Notes: generated by a model not told the origin, from the sequence alone. A stretch of 64,000 nucleotides of DNA from Roseivirga sp. (GCA_051016155.1 CP136537.1:192935-256934), one strand, 5' to 3'; positions 9,231 to 19,400 are shown, counted from the stretch's first letter. Made by a program: numbers and translations.

Positions 9231-10118
9231 ATGCATAAAAAGAAAGTTGAAAACAGTCTGCTTAACTGGATAGTACTGATCCTATTGGCCTTGCTAGGAG
9301 GCAGCTCCTACATTCTCATGAAAAAAGGATTAGTGGTTTACTCTTCTCAAGAGATTGGTGCGCTACGCATCTTTTTCGCGGGAGTCTCTCTTCTTCCCTT
9401 ATCTGTGCCTCAGCTCAGACAGTTGTCTGGCAGACAACATAGATGGCTATTGCTGATCGGTCTGACAGGGGCGCTATTTCCTGCCTTGTTATTTGCCCAA
9501 GCGCAAGAACACCTGAGTAGTGCCTTAAATGGTGCGTTAAGTTCATCTATTCCTATTCTTACCCTCCTAGCAGGTAAACTCTTCTTCCAACAGCCTATCT
9601 CTGTAAGCAATATGGTGGGCGCTACTATAGGCATTATAGGTACGATTTTGCTCATTTTTGCTGGCTCAACACAAGACATTGCCCAAGTGAGTTATCAGGC
9701 TCTTTTCCCCCTCTTGGGTTGCTTTTTCTTGGGCATCCATGCCAACTTGACCAAATACTACCTGACCGATCTAAGTCCCTATGTCGTTACTAGTGTCTCT
9801 TTTTTCGCTGTGAGTGTGGCGGCAGGTGGAATACTTTTGGGGCAGTCTGGCCTGATAAGCAAGATTCAGACGGCCGAAGGGGCCTACCTTGCTTTAGGCT
9901 ATGTGTTAGTGCTAGGAGTTTTATGTTCAGCAGGGGCTTACCTGCTGCTCACTAGTCTAGTAAAATGTACTTCACCTATTTTTGCCAGCATGGCTGCTTT
10001 TCTTATGCCTATCGTCGCATTGGCTTGGGGCCTGTTGGACGGTGAGGTATTGCTATGGGGACACTATGTGGGCATGGGAATGATTTTTTTGGGAGTGCAC
10101 CTAGTGAATAAGCAATGA
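9231..10118 (+). CDS. EamA/DMT-family transporter
   Basis: About 10 hydrophobic helices and an internal duplication typical of EamA. ATG at 9231 lies inside ORF 9219. Confidence 0.75.
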   Translation: MHKKKVENSLLNWIVLILLALLGGSSYILMKKGLVVYSSQEIGALRIFFAGVSLLPLSVPQLRQLSGRQHRWLLLIGLTGALFPALLFAQAQEHLSSALNGALSSSIPILTLLAGKLFFQQPISVSNMVGATIGIIGTILLIFAGSTQDIAQVSYQALFPLLGCFFLGIHANLTKYYLTDLSPYVVTSVSFFAVSVAAGGILLGQSGLISKIQTAEGAYLALGYVLVLGVLCSAGAYLLLTSLVKCTSPIFASMAAFLMPIVALAWGLLDGEVLLWGHYVGMGMIFLGVHLVNKQ

Positions 10119-10269
10119 GTGCCTCTTTGCTATCTTTGGGTTGGCGCTCTTGCTAGCGAAAAAAGATAGATACCGTCCAAGCAATACAGTCAACTAGGTG
10201 GTGCAGACAGTTGTCATTTATGATGAAGAACATCAATCACCATCCAGTGTGCAGCTGATTAGCTCCCAT

Positions 10270-10350
10270 TTGTCATGCTGAGCGGAAAGCGAAGCCTCCC
10301 TGCAAGGCCCGCTGCGAAGCTCCCCTTCATGTGCGGCTCAGGGTGACAGA
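10270..10350. repeat. palindromic dispersed element (TTGTCATGCTGAGCGGAAAGCGAAGC...GCGGCTCAGGGTGACAGA)
   Basis: Inverted arms gtcatgctgagc / gctcagggtgac. The flank to about 10400 is also shared with 11800-11870. Confidence 0.8.
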
Positions 10351-10595
10351 GACGTAGGAGGTGGTTAAGAATGACCCCGTCCTGCCCTGGATAGGAAGGC
10401 TTAAGGGTCGTCGACAAGTAAAGGTCCAAGCGAGGACACTTGAACCAGTTTTAGTGCATCCGAAACATCGCAGTGTGGTCCACACTATGTTGAGATTCCT
10501 TGCTGCGCTTGGAATGAAAATGCTGCTGCGTAAGGTGAGGAATCCATCCACTCAATAGTGAAAGCCCTAGCAGGCTCAATGCTAATTTTATCTAA

Positions 10596-11504
10596 ATGAC
10601 TAGTCTCAAGAAATGGGTGATTGCCACACGTTTGGAGACCATTGTGCTGGCCTGGGCAAGTGTGGGGCTAGGCAGTGCACTGGCCGCTTTTACTGGAGTT
10701 TTTGGCAGAAGTATTGGACTGCTGGCTGCCCTGACTGCTTCCTTGCTGCAGGTGATATGTAATCTAGCCAATGATTACGGTGACTTTGTGCACGGTGCTG
10801 ACCTTATCAATAAAGCAAGGCCTCCTAGCGCCTTACAAACAGGACTTGTGACCCTGGAGCAAATGCGCCAGGCTTTTCAACTATTAGTAGGGCCTACCAT
10901 AGGCTGTGGCGTCTTGCTGCTCTATTGCGCAGCGTTAGATGTTTATGCGTGGAGTATCTTTTTGCTTCTCGGCTTTCTGGCAGTAGTGGCGGCCATCACC
11001 TACACAGTAGGAAAGAGGCCTTATGGCTACCGAGGTGGGGGAGACATCGCAGTACTCCTTTTTTTCGGGCTCATAGGCGTAGGAGGCACTTTTTACTTGC
11101 ATACCAAGGCACTTAGCAGCATCTGGCTGTTGCCCGCCATCAGTTATGGATGTCTTGTGGTCGGCGTGCTCAATGTCAATAACCTCCGTGATATAGCTGC
11201 AGATGAGCAAGTAGGTAAGCAGACTGTGCCTGTGCGCATAGGGAAGACAGCAGCGGTATATTACCATTGGGCCCTATTGGCAGTAAGTATCGTGACCATA
11301 CTGGCCTTTCTCTTGCGTTATGCCAATGCCCCTTGGCCATATTTGTGTTTGGGCACTGTACCTTTTCTGATCCAGCATGGAGTAGCTGTCAGTCGGCAAG
11401 CACCGGCACAACTCACGCAGCAATTGCAGAAATTAGTCCTCCTACAGCTCGTCTTTGTCTGTCTGTTGATAGCAGGCTTGCTACTTGGCGCTAAAGCCCA
11501 TTGA
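10596..11504 (+). CDS. menA: 1,4-dihydroxy-2-naphthoate polyprenyltransferase (UbiA superfamily)
   Basis: NLANDYGDFVHGAD prenyltransferase motif, 8-9 TM helices, length about 300 aa. Confidence 0.75.
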   Translation: MTSLKKWVIATRLETIVLAWASVGLGSALAAFTGVFGRSIGLLAALTASLLQVICNLANDYGDFVHGADLINKARPPSALQTGLVTLEQMRQAFQLLVGPTIGCGVLLLYCAALDVYAWSIFLLLGFLAVVAAITYTVGKRPYGYRGGGDIAVLLFFGLIGVGGTFYLHTKALSSIWLLPAISYGCLVVGVLNVNNLRDIAADEQVGKQTVPVRIGKTAAVYYHWALLAVSIVTILAFLLRYANAPWPYLCLGTVPFLIQHGVAVSRQAPAQLTQQLQKLVLLQLVFVCLLIAGLLLGAKAH

Positions 11505-11722
11505 ACGGACCTTTATAGTAACTTATAAAGCATTAATAACGTCTAGACAGCTTTAAATGATCAACCTTGTGCCTATGCATTTCTGCAGTGATGAGTAGGC
11601 TAAACATATAGTAGACCAGTCACTCTCCTAGTCTCAGGGCTAGGACACTCTAAATAGTGTAGACAAATGTTCAATGAATGTATTACCCACAGTCGCCCAG
11701 CATAGGGTCGATCATCCCCCAT

Positions 11723-11800
11723 TTGTCATGCTGAGCTGAAAGCGAAGCATCCCTGCGAGGCCCGCCACGCAGAGACCCTTCACATGCGTTCAGGGTGACA
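11723..11800. repeat. palindromic dispersed element (TTGTCATGCTGAGCTGAAAGCGAAGC...GCGTTCAGGGTGACAGA)
   Basis: Near-duplicate of 10270-10350. Confidence 0.8.
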
Positions 11801-11915
11801 GAAGTGAAGGAGATGATTTAGAACGACCTAGCCCTGCCTCTCCTAGCCAGGAAGGGAGTTTTTGGGCTGTAAAGAAAATTGACGAAACGACCTAGAAACA
11901 TAAACTCAATACTGT

Positions 11916-12797
11916 ATGCGTACTGCTTACTTGTTTCCAGGGCAAGGCACCCAGTTCCCAGGCATGGGGCAAGCCTTATATGCCCAGCATCCAGCTGCCA
12001 AAGCGCTCTTTGAAACCGCCAATGAAATCTTAGGCTTCCGCATCACGGATCTCATGTTTGAAGGCACTCCAGCAGATTTAAAACCCACGCAGGTGGCGCA
12101 GCCGGCTATCTTCTTGCATGCGGTGATTTTGGCTAAGGTTACGCCTCAGTTTCAGCCGGCGATGGTAGCGGGCCATTCGCTGGGAGAGCTCTCCGCCCTG
12201 GTAGCCAGCCAAGTGCTGACGTTTGAAGCAGGCCTTCAGCTGGTCGCGAAGCGGGCAGCGGCCATGCAGGCTGCGTGTGAGGCTGCGCCTGGAACCATGG
12301 CTGCTATTTTGGGTTTGAGCGATGAAAAAGTAGCGCAAGTGTGTGGCTCGATAGAAGAGTACGTAGTGCCTGCTAACTACAACTGCCCTGGCCAGCTCGT
12401 GATTGCTGGCACTGAAAAGGGCGTTACCCTGGCCTACGAAGCCCTACAGGCAGCGGGTGCTAAAAGAACAATGCCACTGGCCGTAAGTGGTGCTTTTCAT
12501 TCTTCACTTATGGAGCCTGCCAAGGCCGCACTGGCCCAAGCCATTGCCCAAACCCCATTCCAGCGCGGCCTATGCCCTATCTACCAAAACGTAGATGCTG
12601 CACCCATCGCAGCCCCTGAAGCAATCCAGCAAAACTTGATCCAACAGCTCACTTCTCCTGTAAGATGGACCCAGACAATCCAGCGCATGGCTCAGGAAGG
12701 GGCTGAATGCTTTGTCGAGTGTGGGCCTGGTCGCGTGCTGCAAGGGCTCGTGAGAAAGATTGATCCTAGCGTCCAGGTGACTTCTTTGGAGGCGTAG
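11916..12797 (+). CDS. fabD: malonyl-CoA:ACP transacylase
   Basis: FPGQGTQFPGMG, GHSLGELSAL (active-site Ser), AFHS. Confidence 0.93.
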   Translation: MRTAYLFPGQGTQFPGMGQALYAQHPAAKALFETANEILGFRITDLMFEGTPADLKPTQVAQPAIFLHAVILAKVTPQFQPAMVAGHSLGELSALVASQVLTFEAGLQLVAKRAAAMQAACEAAPGTMAAILGLSDEKVAQVCGSIEEYVVPANYNCPGQLVIAGTEKGVTLAYEALQAAGAKRTMPLAVSGAFHSSLMEPAKAALAQAIAQTPFQRGLCPIYQNVDAAPIAAPEAIQQNLIQQLTSPVRWTQTIQRMAQEGAECFVECGPGRVLQGLVRKIDPSVQVTSLEA

Positions 12798-12955
12798 TAG
12801 CAGTGTTTCCTGCTGAATGACTGGGAGATTGGATGATTCACTGATTTTGTGATTTGATCATGGGGGAGTTGCAGAGTGGATTTTTTTGATCTCTTGTAAC
12901 TGATAATTATCGTGGTGCCCACGCTGCTTAGCCCTATGTAATCTTCCCCCCCTAT

Positions 12956-14143
12956 TCACCTTCTTCCTCTAGCAAATATGCTCGCTGCTACGATTACTAC
13001 TCCTGCTACCAAGCCACCACTTACGCCACTTAATAGGGCTATACGTAAAATATCATTTCTCCCTTGCTGCTGCTGTTGTTGTTGCTGTGCTGCTGCTCCA
13101 TCGCCATCTCCTACCGCCGCTGCTTCTGGGGTAGGCGTAACTACTGGCATTGTTGGCTGCTGCTGTTGTTGCTGTGCCTGGGCTACTGCTTCATCTCCGC
13201 CACTTCCTGCTGTCGCCGAGGTTGGGGCTGGTGCAGCTACTGGCTGCTGTTGTGCCTGGGCTACTCTATTATCATTGCTTCCTACTGCCACTATCTTTTC
13301 TTGCTGCTTTGTAGTAATAATATTACTCTTAAGCCGCTTTCTCACTTCTTTTGTGTCCTCGTCTGCGGAAGAAAATCCTTCGGACTGATAACCATCTTCG
13401 TCGCCGGTCTTCTTCATCCCACCTCGTAGTCCTTGCCTACCTATCACACACACAGCTTTAGAGAGACCTATGCGGATGCATAGGCGTTGCAACGCAGGCT
13501 GGTTAACTACTTGCTCTAACAAGGAAACTATATCTTTCCCTTTTTCACACACAACAGGATATGTAGCTCTAGCAGAACAACCAGGGAAACGCTTATCAGA
13601 GATATGCACTATCCACTGGTCACCTGCCTGCTTAAATTGGGCGGACCGCCCATCCGCAATTTTGAAGATAGTAGACTGCACTATTGCTGCAGCTGAACCA
13701 GTAGAAGGGTTTAGTTCAGACTTAGCTGCCCTTTTTAGAAGAGTAGGTGTCTGACATTTCCCTTCAGGCTGAATAGGTCTTTTTACTTGACCCCGAGGCT
13801 GCTGCTTGGCAGGTAAGACTGATGAGGTAGTAGCTACACTTTCCTGTGACTGTCGAGGAGACAGTCTTGATGAATTCTTAGTTGAGAGAGAGGTAGAAAG
13901 ACAGATGGATGCCGTTAAAGGAATTGCCTGGGCTGGCTCAGGAGACTTAGCTGGCCCTACTACATCTTCCGAGGAATTTGAGCACGATTGATCACGGTTT
14001 TTGCTATAATCGTCAAGATGCTCATCTGGATCAACCTTCATCTCATGGGCATAGCCATCTAGAGTAAGATTGGTACCGCAGCTTTGCAGCAACAGGCTGG
14101 TAAGCAGGACTATGGACAGGCTTTTTTGGTGTAGAGTATACAT
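12956..14143 (-). CDS. lineage-specific lipoprotein-signal protein with poly-Q tracts and a C-terminal TM anchor (B-type paralogue 2)
   Basis: MYTLHQKSLSIVLLTSLLLQSCGTN lipobox. Q8 and Q6 tracts. C-terminal ILRIALLSGVSGGLVAGVVIVAASIFARGRR. The N-terminus is paralogous to the ORF at 15539-15967. Confidence 0.6.
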   Translation of the reverse strand: MYTLHQKSLSIVLLTSLLLQSCGTNLTLDGYAHEMKVDPDEHLDDYSKNRDQSCSNSSEDVVGPAKSPEPAQAIPLTASICLSTSLSTKNSSRLSPRQSQESVATTSSVLPAKQQPRGQVKRPIQPEGKCQTPTLLKRAAKSELNPSTGSAAAIVQSTIFKIADGRSAQFKQAGDQWIVHISDKRFPGCSARATYPVVCEKGKDIVSLLEQVVNQPALQRLCIRIGLSKAVCVIGRQGLRGGMKKTGDEDGYQSEGFSSADEDTKEVRKRLKSNIITTKQQEKIVAVGSNDNRVAQAQQQPVAAPAPTSATAGSGGDEAVAQAQQQQQQPTMPVVTPTPEAAAVGDGDGAAAQQQQQQQQGRNDILRIALLSGVSGGLVAGVVIVAASIFARGRR

Positions 14144-14236
14144 TGCGTTTTTGACGATGTTTGCAGAGTTGTCAAATAGAGTCCATATTTCCCCTGAAGT
14201 CCTTCTTACTTGTCGTTGCAATCTAGAGTATCGAAT

Positions 14237-15175
14237 CTAAGAAGAAGGCTTTTTTAAGTAACGCTCTAACCTCTCTCCACATAGATTCTCCACCTTGTCG
14301 TCTCCTTTTTTGTTTAATCTTTCTATCTCTGTTTTTAGGAAACTATATCTGTCTTTGAAGAACTTTTTTTTTGCTTCATCGTTTCCACACTCAGAATGTT
14401 TATCTTTCGCTTCTTTTTTCAATTCTAGCAAGGGCATCCATACTCTTTCACAGTGTCTATCATAGCACTGTAGAAGGTATGCTGCGGATGCCTCTGGGGT
14501 AAGCTTTTTAAAATCATCACGAGACAAAGTATCAAAAATGTCGTCGAAGAAATTTGAATCAAGGGCTTTATCTGCCTTCTTTATAGCATCCTCTATTTTT
14601 TTCTCGAAGGTGTGACATATATCTTCCGTACTACCTCCAACAGATGGAATTCCTTCGTCGCTAACTTCTCTCGTTGGTTCGCTGCCGACTTGGCCATGAC
14701 CAGTATTGCTATTGATAGAATGCTCTCCCTTGTTTGTATCTACGTCTCTCTTTACATCGGAGTTCAGCGGTCCAAGACCAGCCTCTCTATTAGAGCTAGC
14801 TGTAGCTGCTATATTCATCAGCGGGTCTGTACAACCCCCTACTCTGCTCATCGAAGAGTCTATTATCGGTTCGAATTTATTATTTGATCCACCGAGCGGA
14901 TCTTGTTCAGACTTCTCAACAGTAGGTGCTTTTGTTACTGCCGTAGTTGAACAATCAGTAGGCGCTGCACTAAGATTAGGTGTTTTCGGTGGTGGTGACT
15001 TAAGGGGGGGAGCAGGAGGTCCTGTTGCTGCGCTGTTTCCTGAAGGCCCTAGCTTTTTCGGAAGGACATCTACTTTGTCGCTATCGCATTTGCTCACTGT
15101 CAGCACAGCAACAACAACGAACAGACTTAAACCATTTAATAATACTTTCTTGTTTTCTTTGCTTACGTCTCTCAT
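14237..15175 (-). CDS. lineage-specific signal-anchored acidic/low-complexity protein (A-type paralogue 1)
   Basis: MRDVSKENKKVLLNGLSLFVVVAVLTVSKC, then a Pro-rich stretch and a charged helical C-terminus. The N-terminus and upstream DNA are paralogous to 16106-17410. Confidence 0.6.
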   Translation of the reverse strand: MRDVSKENKKVLLNGLSLFVVVAVLTVSKCDSDKVDVLPKKLGPSGNSAATGPPAPPLKSPPPKTPNLSAAPTDCSTTAVTKAPTVEKSEQDPLGGSNNKFEPIIDSSMSRVGGCTDPLMNIAATASSNREAGLGPLNSDVKRDVDTNKGEHSINSNTGHGQVGSEPTREVSDEGIPSVGGSTEDICHTFEKKIEDAIKKADKALDSNFFDDIFDTLSRDDFKKLTPEASAAYLLQCYDRHCERVWMPLLELKKEAKDKHSECGNDEAKKKFFKDRYSFLKTEIERLNKKGDDKVENLCGERLERYLKKPSS

Positions 15176-15538
15176 AATGTTATTTCCTAGTATTATTTCT
15201 CTATTATTTCGATATAGGTCAATTACCTTGAACATTTTGCTTTACAACATTAATGACGCACTCGCAAGCGTGCAATACCTTGCTTTCGGATAGCACAAAA
15301 AGTGTCCTCAATAATGGCGTTGCTTTTTCAATATTTTTGAGACGTATTCACCCCAGAATTTAGCTCGAAATGAAGAGGAAAGTTTTTAGAGAAGAACTAT
15401 CAACATGGATTGACCATTGGTAGATCACCCCTATGACTTTTTTGAATATCTTTACAAAAAGATATTTGAGATGTTAGGTAGTTTTAGAACTTACCTCTCA
15501 TTAATAGTGACCTTGATTACTTATTTATCCCCAGACCA

Positions 15539-15967
15539 TCACTTTTCTTGTTCGTCATACTCTACGCATGTACCTAGGCCACAAGTTTCTAATAATTTAC
15601 ATAAGCATGTAGCTAATGAGGCCACAGGATCGTTCGCGTTGTTTTCTTCCACTACGCTCTCTAGAGCAGAATTCTCTTTAACCCTTACACCACCCTCTTT
15701 TTTTTCAGCTTCTTCTTTGCTTTTTCCATCTGCTACCGCAGGAGCTAGTTCTTCTTGCTGCTCTGTCCCTCCATCTTCTCCGCTTCTATCAGGGCTGCCT
15801 GATACAACTTCTTTAGTAGGGGAGGGTAGAGGAGATTCATCCAGCGGATCTCCGTCTTTAGTCATATAGCTACCCAGCGCAGGATTCATACCACAACTTT
15901 GTAGTAACAGAATGATCAATAAGGCTACTGGGACTACAGACAATCCTTTGTAACATTGGGTATACAT
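15539..15967 (-). CDS. small acidic lipoprotein (B-type paralogue 1)
   Basis: MYTQCYKGLSVVPVALLIILLLQSCGMN lipobox, E/D-rich remainder. Confidence 0.55.
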   Translation of the reverse strand: MYTQCYKGLSVVPVALLIILLLQSCGMNPALGSYMTKDGDPLDESPLPSPTKEVVSGSPDRSGEDGGTEQQEELAPAVADGKSKEEAEKKEGGVRVKENSALESVVEENNANDPVASLATCLCKLLETCGLGTCVEYDEQEK

Positions 15968-16105
15968 AGATTCTTGATTAACTTTTGACAAGATACACGG
16001 ATAAGATTCTAGGTAATATCTGGTATTCCAAGTGACTGAGAAGAAACTAGATGTCGGTTGGCTCGTGTCAAGCATAGTTCAGGGCTCTTGATATCATATC
16101 CATGG

Positions 16106-17152
16106 CTAACCTGCTCCCTTAGGTCTTTTTTTCTTTGCCTCCCCTTTCGCTAAGTTTCCCAGCAGAGTGGCAAAAAACTCCGATCTAAATTTTTCTTCTG
16201 CTTCTTTTTTCGATGTCTGACGTACTGAAAAAATCAAATCTTTAATTTCTTTTCGAATCTTTTCTATTTTCTCTGATCCTCTACCTTCGGTTGTCAATGA
16301 CGCCAAATTCTCCGCTTTGAATTCTTCTGCATCGTATTGATAAAGATCATCAGCTTGACTAAAGAATTCTACATACTTCTCAAGAAGATTTTTTAATCCA
16401 GTGTCTATATTGACAAGGCTTGCAAAAAAATCTTTAAGTGCCTGCTTCTCTTCAGGAATATTATCCGTAGGCAAAGTGTATTTGCATGTAGCAATAGCGT
16501 GTGTTAAAGACTGCTTTACTGTACTTAAGCATGACATCTTCCTCCTACACTCAGCTATTATTTTAGAAAGTTTATCACTGCCATCTCCCATATCTTTTTC
16601 TGCAAGTTCATCGCTGTCACCTTTCTCTTTCTCCAAAGGTGCTACCCCTTCTTCTTCCTCTTCCTCCTCACTAGCGAAATCAGCATTAGGTATTTCATCC
16701 TCACTATCCTCAAGGTTCATACTGCCTTCCCCGTCCTTATCCCCAAAAATAGAACCAGCGAGTGGTGTGGTAGTTTCTGAAGGTGATGCTGGTGGGATAT
16801 CACTTTCGTCTGAGGGGTACGTATGTGCCCCGTTGTCTGCTTGATAAGGATCGTTCTTATTTGCATCCTCATCATCCGTATTCCCAGAAAGAGATGCTAT
16901 CCCTGTTTCCTCTTCCTCCTCACTAGCGGAACCAGAAAGTGGTGTGGGAGTTACGCCCGCTGATACTCCTCCCCCTGGAGGCGGTGCTGGTTTTGGGGCA
17001 GGAGAGACAGTCGGCAATGCTCCTGAAGCTTTGCGAGTCTTCTGCCCAAAATTCTGATTTTCGCAAGCATTTGCTTCTAGCACAGCAACGACGATGAACA
17101 GGTTTAATCCATTCAATAATACTTTATTGCTTCTTTTGCTTTTGTTTTTCAC
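16106..17152 (-). CDS. lineage-specific signal-anchored acidic protein (A-type paralogue 2)
   Basis: (V)KNKSKRSNKVLLNGLNLFIVVAVLEANAC aligns with the A1 N-terminus. Long E/D runs (EEEEEEE). The start is uncertain: GTG 17152 was chosen by alignment with A1, while the ORF track start is 17281. Confidence 0.55.
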   Translation of the reverse strand: MKNKSKRSNKVLLNGLNLFIVVAVLEANACENQNFGQKTRKASGALPTVSPAPKPAPPPGGGVSAGVTPTPLSGSASEEEEETGIASLSGNTDDEDANKNDPYQADNGAHTYPSDESDIPPASPSETTTPLAGSIFGDKDGEGSMNLEDSEDEIPNADFASEEEEEEEGVAPLEKEKGDSDELAEKDMGDGSDKLSKIIAECRRKMSCLSTVKQSLTHAIATCKYTLPTDNIPEEKQALKDFFASLVNIDTGLKNLLEKYVEFFSQADDLYQYDAEEFKAENLASLTTEGRGSEKIEKIRKEIKDLIFSVRQTSKKEAEEKFRSEFFATLLGNLAKGEAKKKRPKGAG

Positions 17153-17596
17153 TGTATTTTTTCTGGATAGTATCACTATATCGAATACCTTCGAGCCACT
17201 TTTTTGCAATGCGATGTTAGTAATACGCTTGCAAACAAGCAATGTCTCACCTCCAACTAGCGCAAAAAGTGTCCTCAACAAAAGTGTTTTTGCATCAATG
17301 TTTTTGAGGGGTATTCACGGCAAAAATTAGCTCAAAATCAAAATGAAGAGGGGGTTTAAGAGAAGGATGTAAACAAGAATCGGCCATTTAGAAGTCGCCC
17401 CTATGACTTTATTGTACGCCTTTGCAGAAAGACTTCTGGAAGATTGGATGATTTACTGATGTGGTGATTTGATCTATTGGTTGACTAGATCATTTGGTGC
17501 TCTGTTCAGCTGTATGAAGTGAATGATCATTCTCGTAGCACTAGCACTCTTCAGCTTTGGGCAGGCTTTTGGTGACTTCAAAACGTGGCTGAGTTG

Positions 17597-18196
17597 TTAT
17601 GGATTAAGTGTAGAGGTAACAGCCTCAGTTTGTTGGGGATAGACCAGCTTTTCCACCGCAAACCCTTTTTCTTGTGCTATGGCCAGGTACTTAGCCAATT
17701 CCTCTTTGGCTAGCACTGGCTTTCTGGCCATGATCCAGAAATAATCTTTGCTATAGCTACATATGAGTGCTACAGAGTAATCAGGCTCGAGATAAAAAAG
17801 CACATAGCTACCATAGATGAAGGGGCTAAAAATGGCTTTTAAATAACCTACTCGCCGGTCTGAAAAGAACTGAAGCTTACTGATGAATATTTTTTCTTTG
17901 TTTTTTTTAGTATCCCAACCGATGGTCTCTACATGTATGTCTCCATTTTCTTTTGGGCTGTAGGTTTCTGTAACATTGGCTAGTCCGCGCTCCAAATAAT
18001 TGTCTAAACGGGCTATCTCATACCATTTCCCCATATATCGGGTAACATCGAAGTTAGCAACGGGTTGTATACCCTCTGGAATGGCCCAAGAGCAGCCCTG
18101 CAACAGGAACAGGAAGCCTAGGGCATAGCTTGAAAGTCTCTTAGAACAGTGTAGCAGACTACTAGTATTTTGGGGGAATGGCGGTGTTAGTTTCAT
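17597..18196 (-). CDS. blc: bacterial lipocalin (outer-membrane lipoprotein Blc)
   Basis: FLFLLQGCS lipobox and FDVTRYMGKWYEIARLDNYLERG lipocalin signature. Confidence 0.88.
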   Translation of the reverse strand: MKLTPPFPQNTSSLLHCSKRLSSYALGFLFLLQGCSWAIPEGIQPVANFDVTRYMGKWYEIARLDNYLERGLANVTETYSPKENGDIHVETIGWDTKKNKEKIFISKLQFFSDRRVGYLKAIFSPFIYGSYVLFYLEPDYSVALICSYSKDYFWIMARKPVLAKEELAKYLAIAQEKGFAVEKLVYPQQTEAVTSTLNP

Positions 18197-18352
18197 GGCT
18201 TTTTTACACTGATTTTTTCACTCAAGTTTAAGCAAGAATAAGTAAATAGCTATGTGCTATCAGCTCTACTAATTACCCAGCCGTTTTTCTCAGAGATACC
18301 CTACGGTGTATTTCTCGACTAGTCTCAACGCACTACAGATAAGGAATCAAAA

Positions 18353-19384
18353 CTAAATCGAGAGCTTGCCCTGGCTGGCCCCCATCATCATGGCTAACTT
18401 GTAAAGTACACGACTACCTACCTGTGCATCCCAATCCATGTTTTCGCCTGGGGCTACTTCGCACAGGTCAAAGCCCACAATTTTTTTGCCTGCCTTGACC
18501 ACTTTTTCCAGTAAGTAGCACATCTCATCAAAGTCCAGTCCTCCAGGCACAGGCGTACCTGTGCTGGGGCAGAGCTTGGCATCCAAGCCGTCGATGTCAA
18601 AGTTGATGTAAACCCTGTCAGGGAGTGTGTCAACAATCTTGGCGCAAATTTCATCCCAAGAAGCTCCTTGAAAGCGCTGTCGCTTGAGGTCACGGTCAAA
18701 GAAAGAGAAAATACGGCCTTCCTCAGCAGTGATGTCTTGGGCCTCTTCAGCCGAATAATTGCGCAAGCCTACCTGTACCAATCGAATGATATGGGGTAGC
18801 TGCAAGACGTTGTGCATAACAGAAGCATGTGAATAAGTGAAGCCTTGATAGGCTCTGCGCAATCCAGAATGAGCATTGATTTGTAAGATGCCAAAGTTGT
18901 TGTAAGGCTCAGCCAACGCCTCGATGAGCCCCAAGGGGGTACTATTGTCACCCCCTAGTACAGCCACCATCTTACCTGCTTGCAGATAGGTGAGCGCTTT
19001 GGCCTTTATATCTTCCTTGAGCTGATGGGCGTAGTGATCTATTTTTTGTACAATGCTTTTTTTGAGGCTTGTTTTTCTAAAGCCTGACTCCATGGCATGG
19101 ATGTGCCCCACGGTGTGGTGCCTAAGGGTATCACTCAGGGCTTTCCAATCATGCGGAATAGGGAGCATGGCCACTCCCATCTCTTGCGCCCCTGGATATT
19201 CATGTCGGATCATGCTTTGTTCATGAGAGGCCTTAAGGATACTCTCAGGCCCTAGTGCAGTCCCTGAACGTGATGAGACAGTGACTTCCCACGGTACAGG
19301 AATGATGATGATAGAAGCTTCTTGAGGAGAACATGAAACGCCAAAGAGCTTGGCAGGCGTATGGGTGTGTAGTTTCATAAACAA
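18353..19384 (-). CDS. arginase/agmatinase/formiminoglutamase-family protein with atypical metal-ligand motifs
   Basis: GGDNSTPLG (usual GGDHS), INAHSGLR (usual DAHxD), and NFDIDGLDAKLCPSTGTPVPGGL (the DxDxxDP...GG motif is present). Confidence 0.6.
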   Translation of the reverse strand: MFMKLHTHTPAKLFGVSCSPQEASIIIIPVPWEVTVSSRSGTALGPESILKASHEQSMIRHEYPGAQEMGVAMLPIPHDWKALSDTLRHHTVGHIHAMESGFRKTSLKKSIVQKIDHYAHQLKEDIKAKALTYLQAGKMVAVLGGDNSTPLGLIEALAEPYNNFGILQINAHSGLRRAYQGFTYSHASVMHNVLQLPHIIRLVQVGLRNYSAEEAQDITAEEGRIFSFFDRDLKRQRFQGASWDEICAKIVDTLPDRVYINFDIDGLDAKLCPSTGTPVPGGLDFDEMCYLLEKVVKAGKKIVGFDLCEVAPGENMDWDAQVGSRVLYKLAMMMGASQGKLSI

Positions 19385-19400
19385 TGCATATTATCTTTCT

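Noticed and set aside
12978-13429. Cys-rich and Leu-rich ORFs (CCCCCCCC, LLLLLL) on the plus strand.
   Set aside because: They are antisense frames of the CAG/CAA poly-Q tracts of the minus-strand gene 12956-14143, i.e. low-complexity artefacts.
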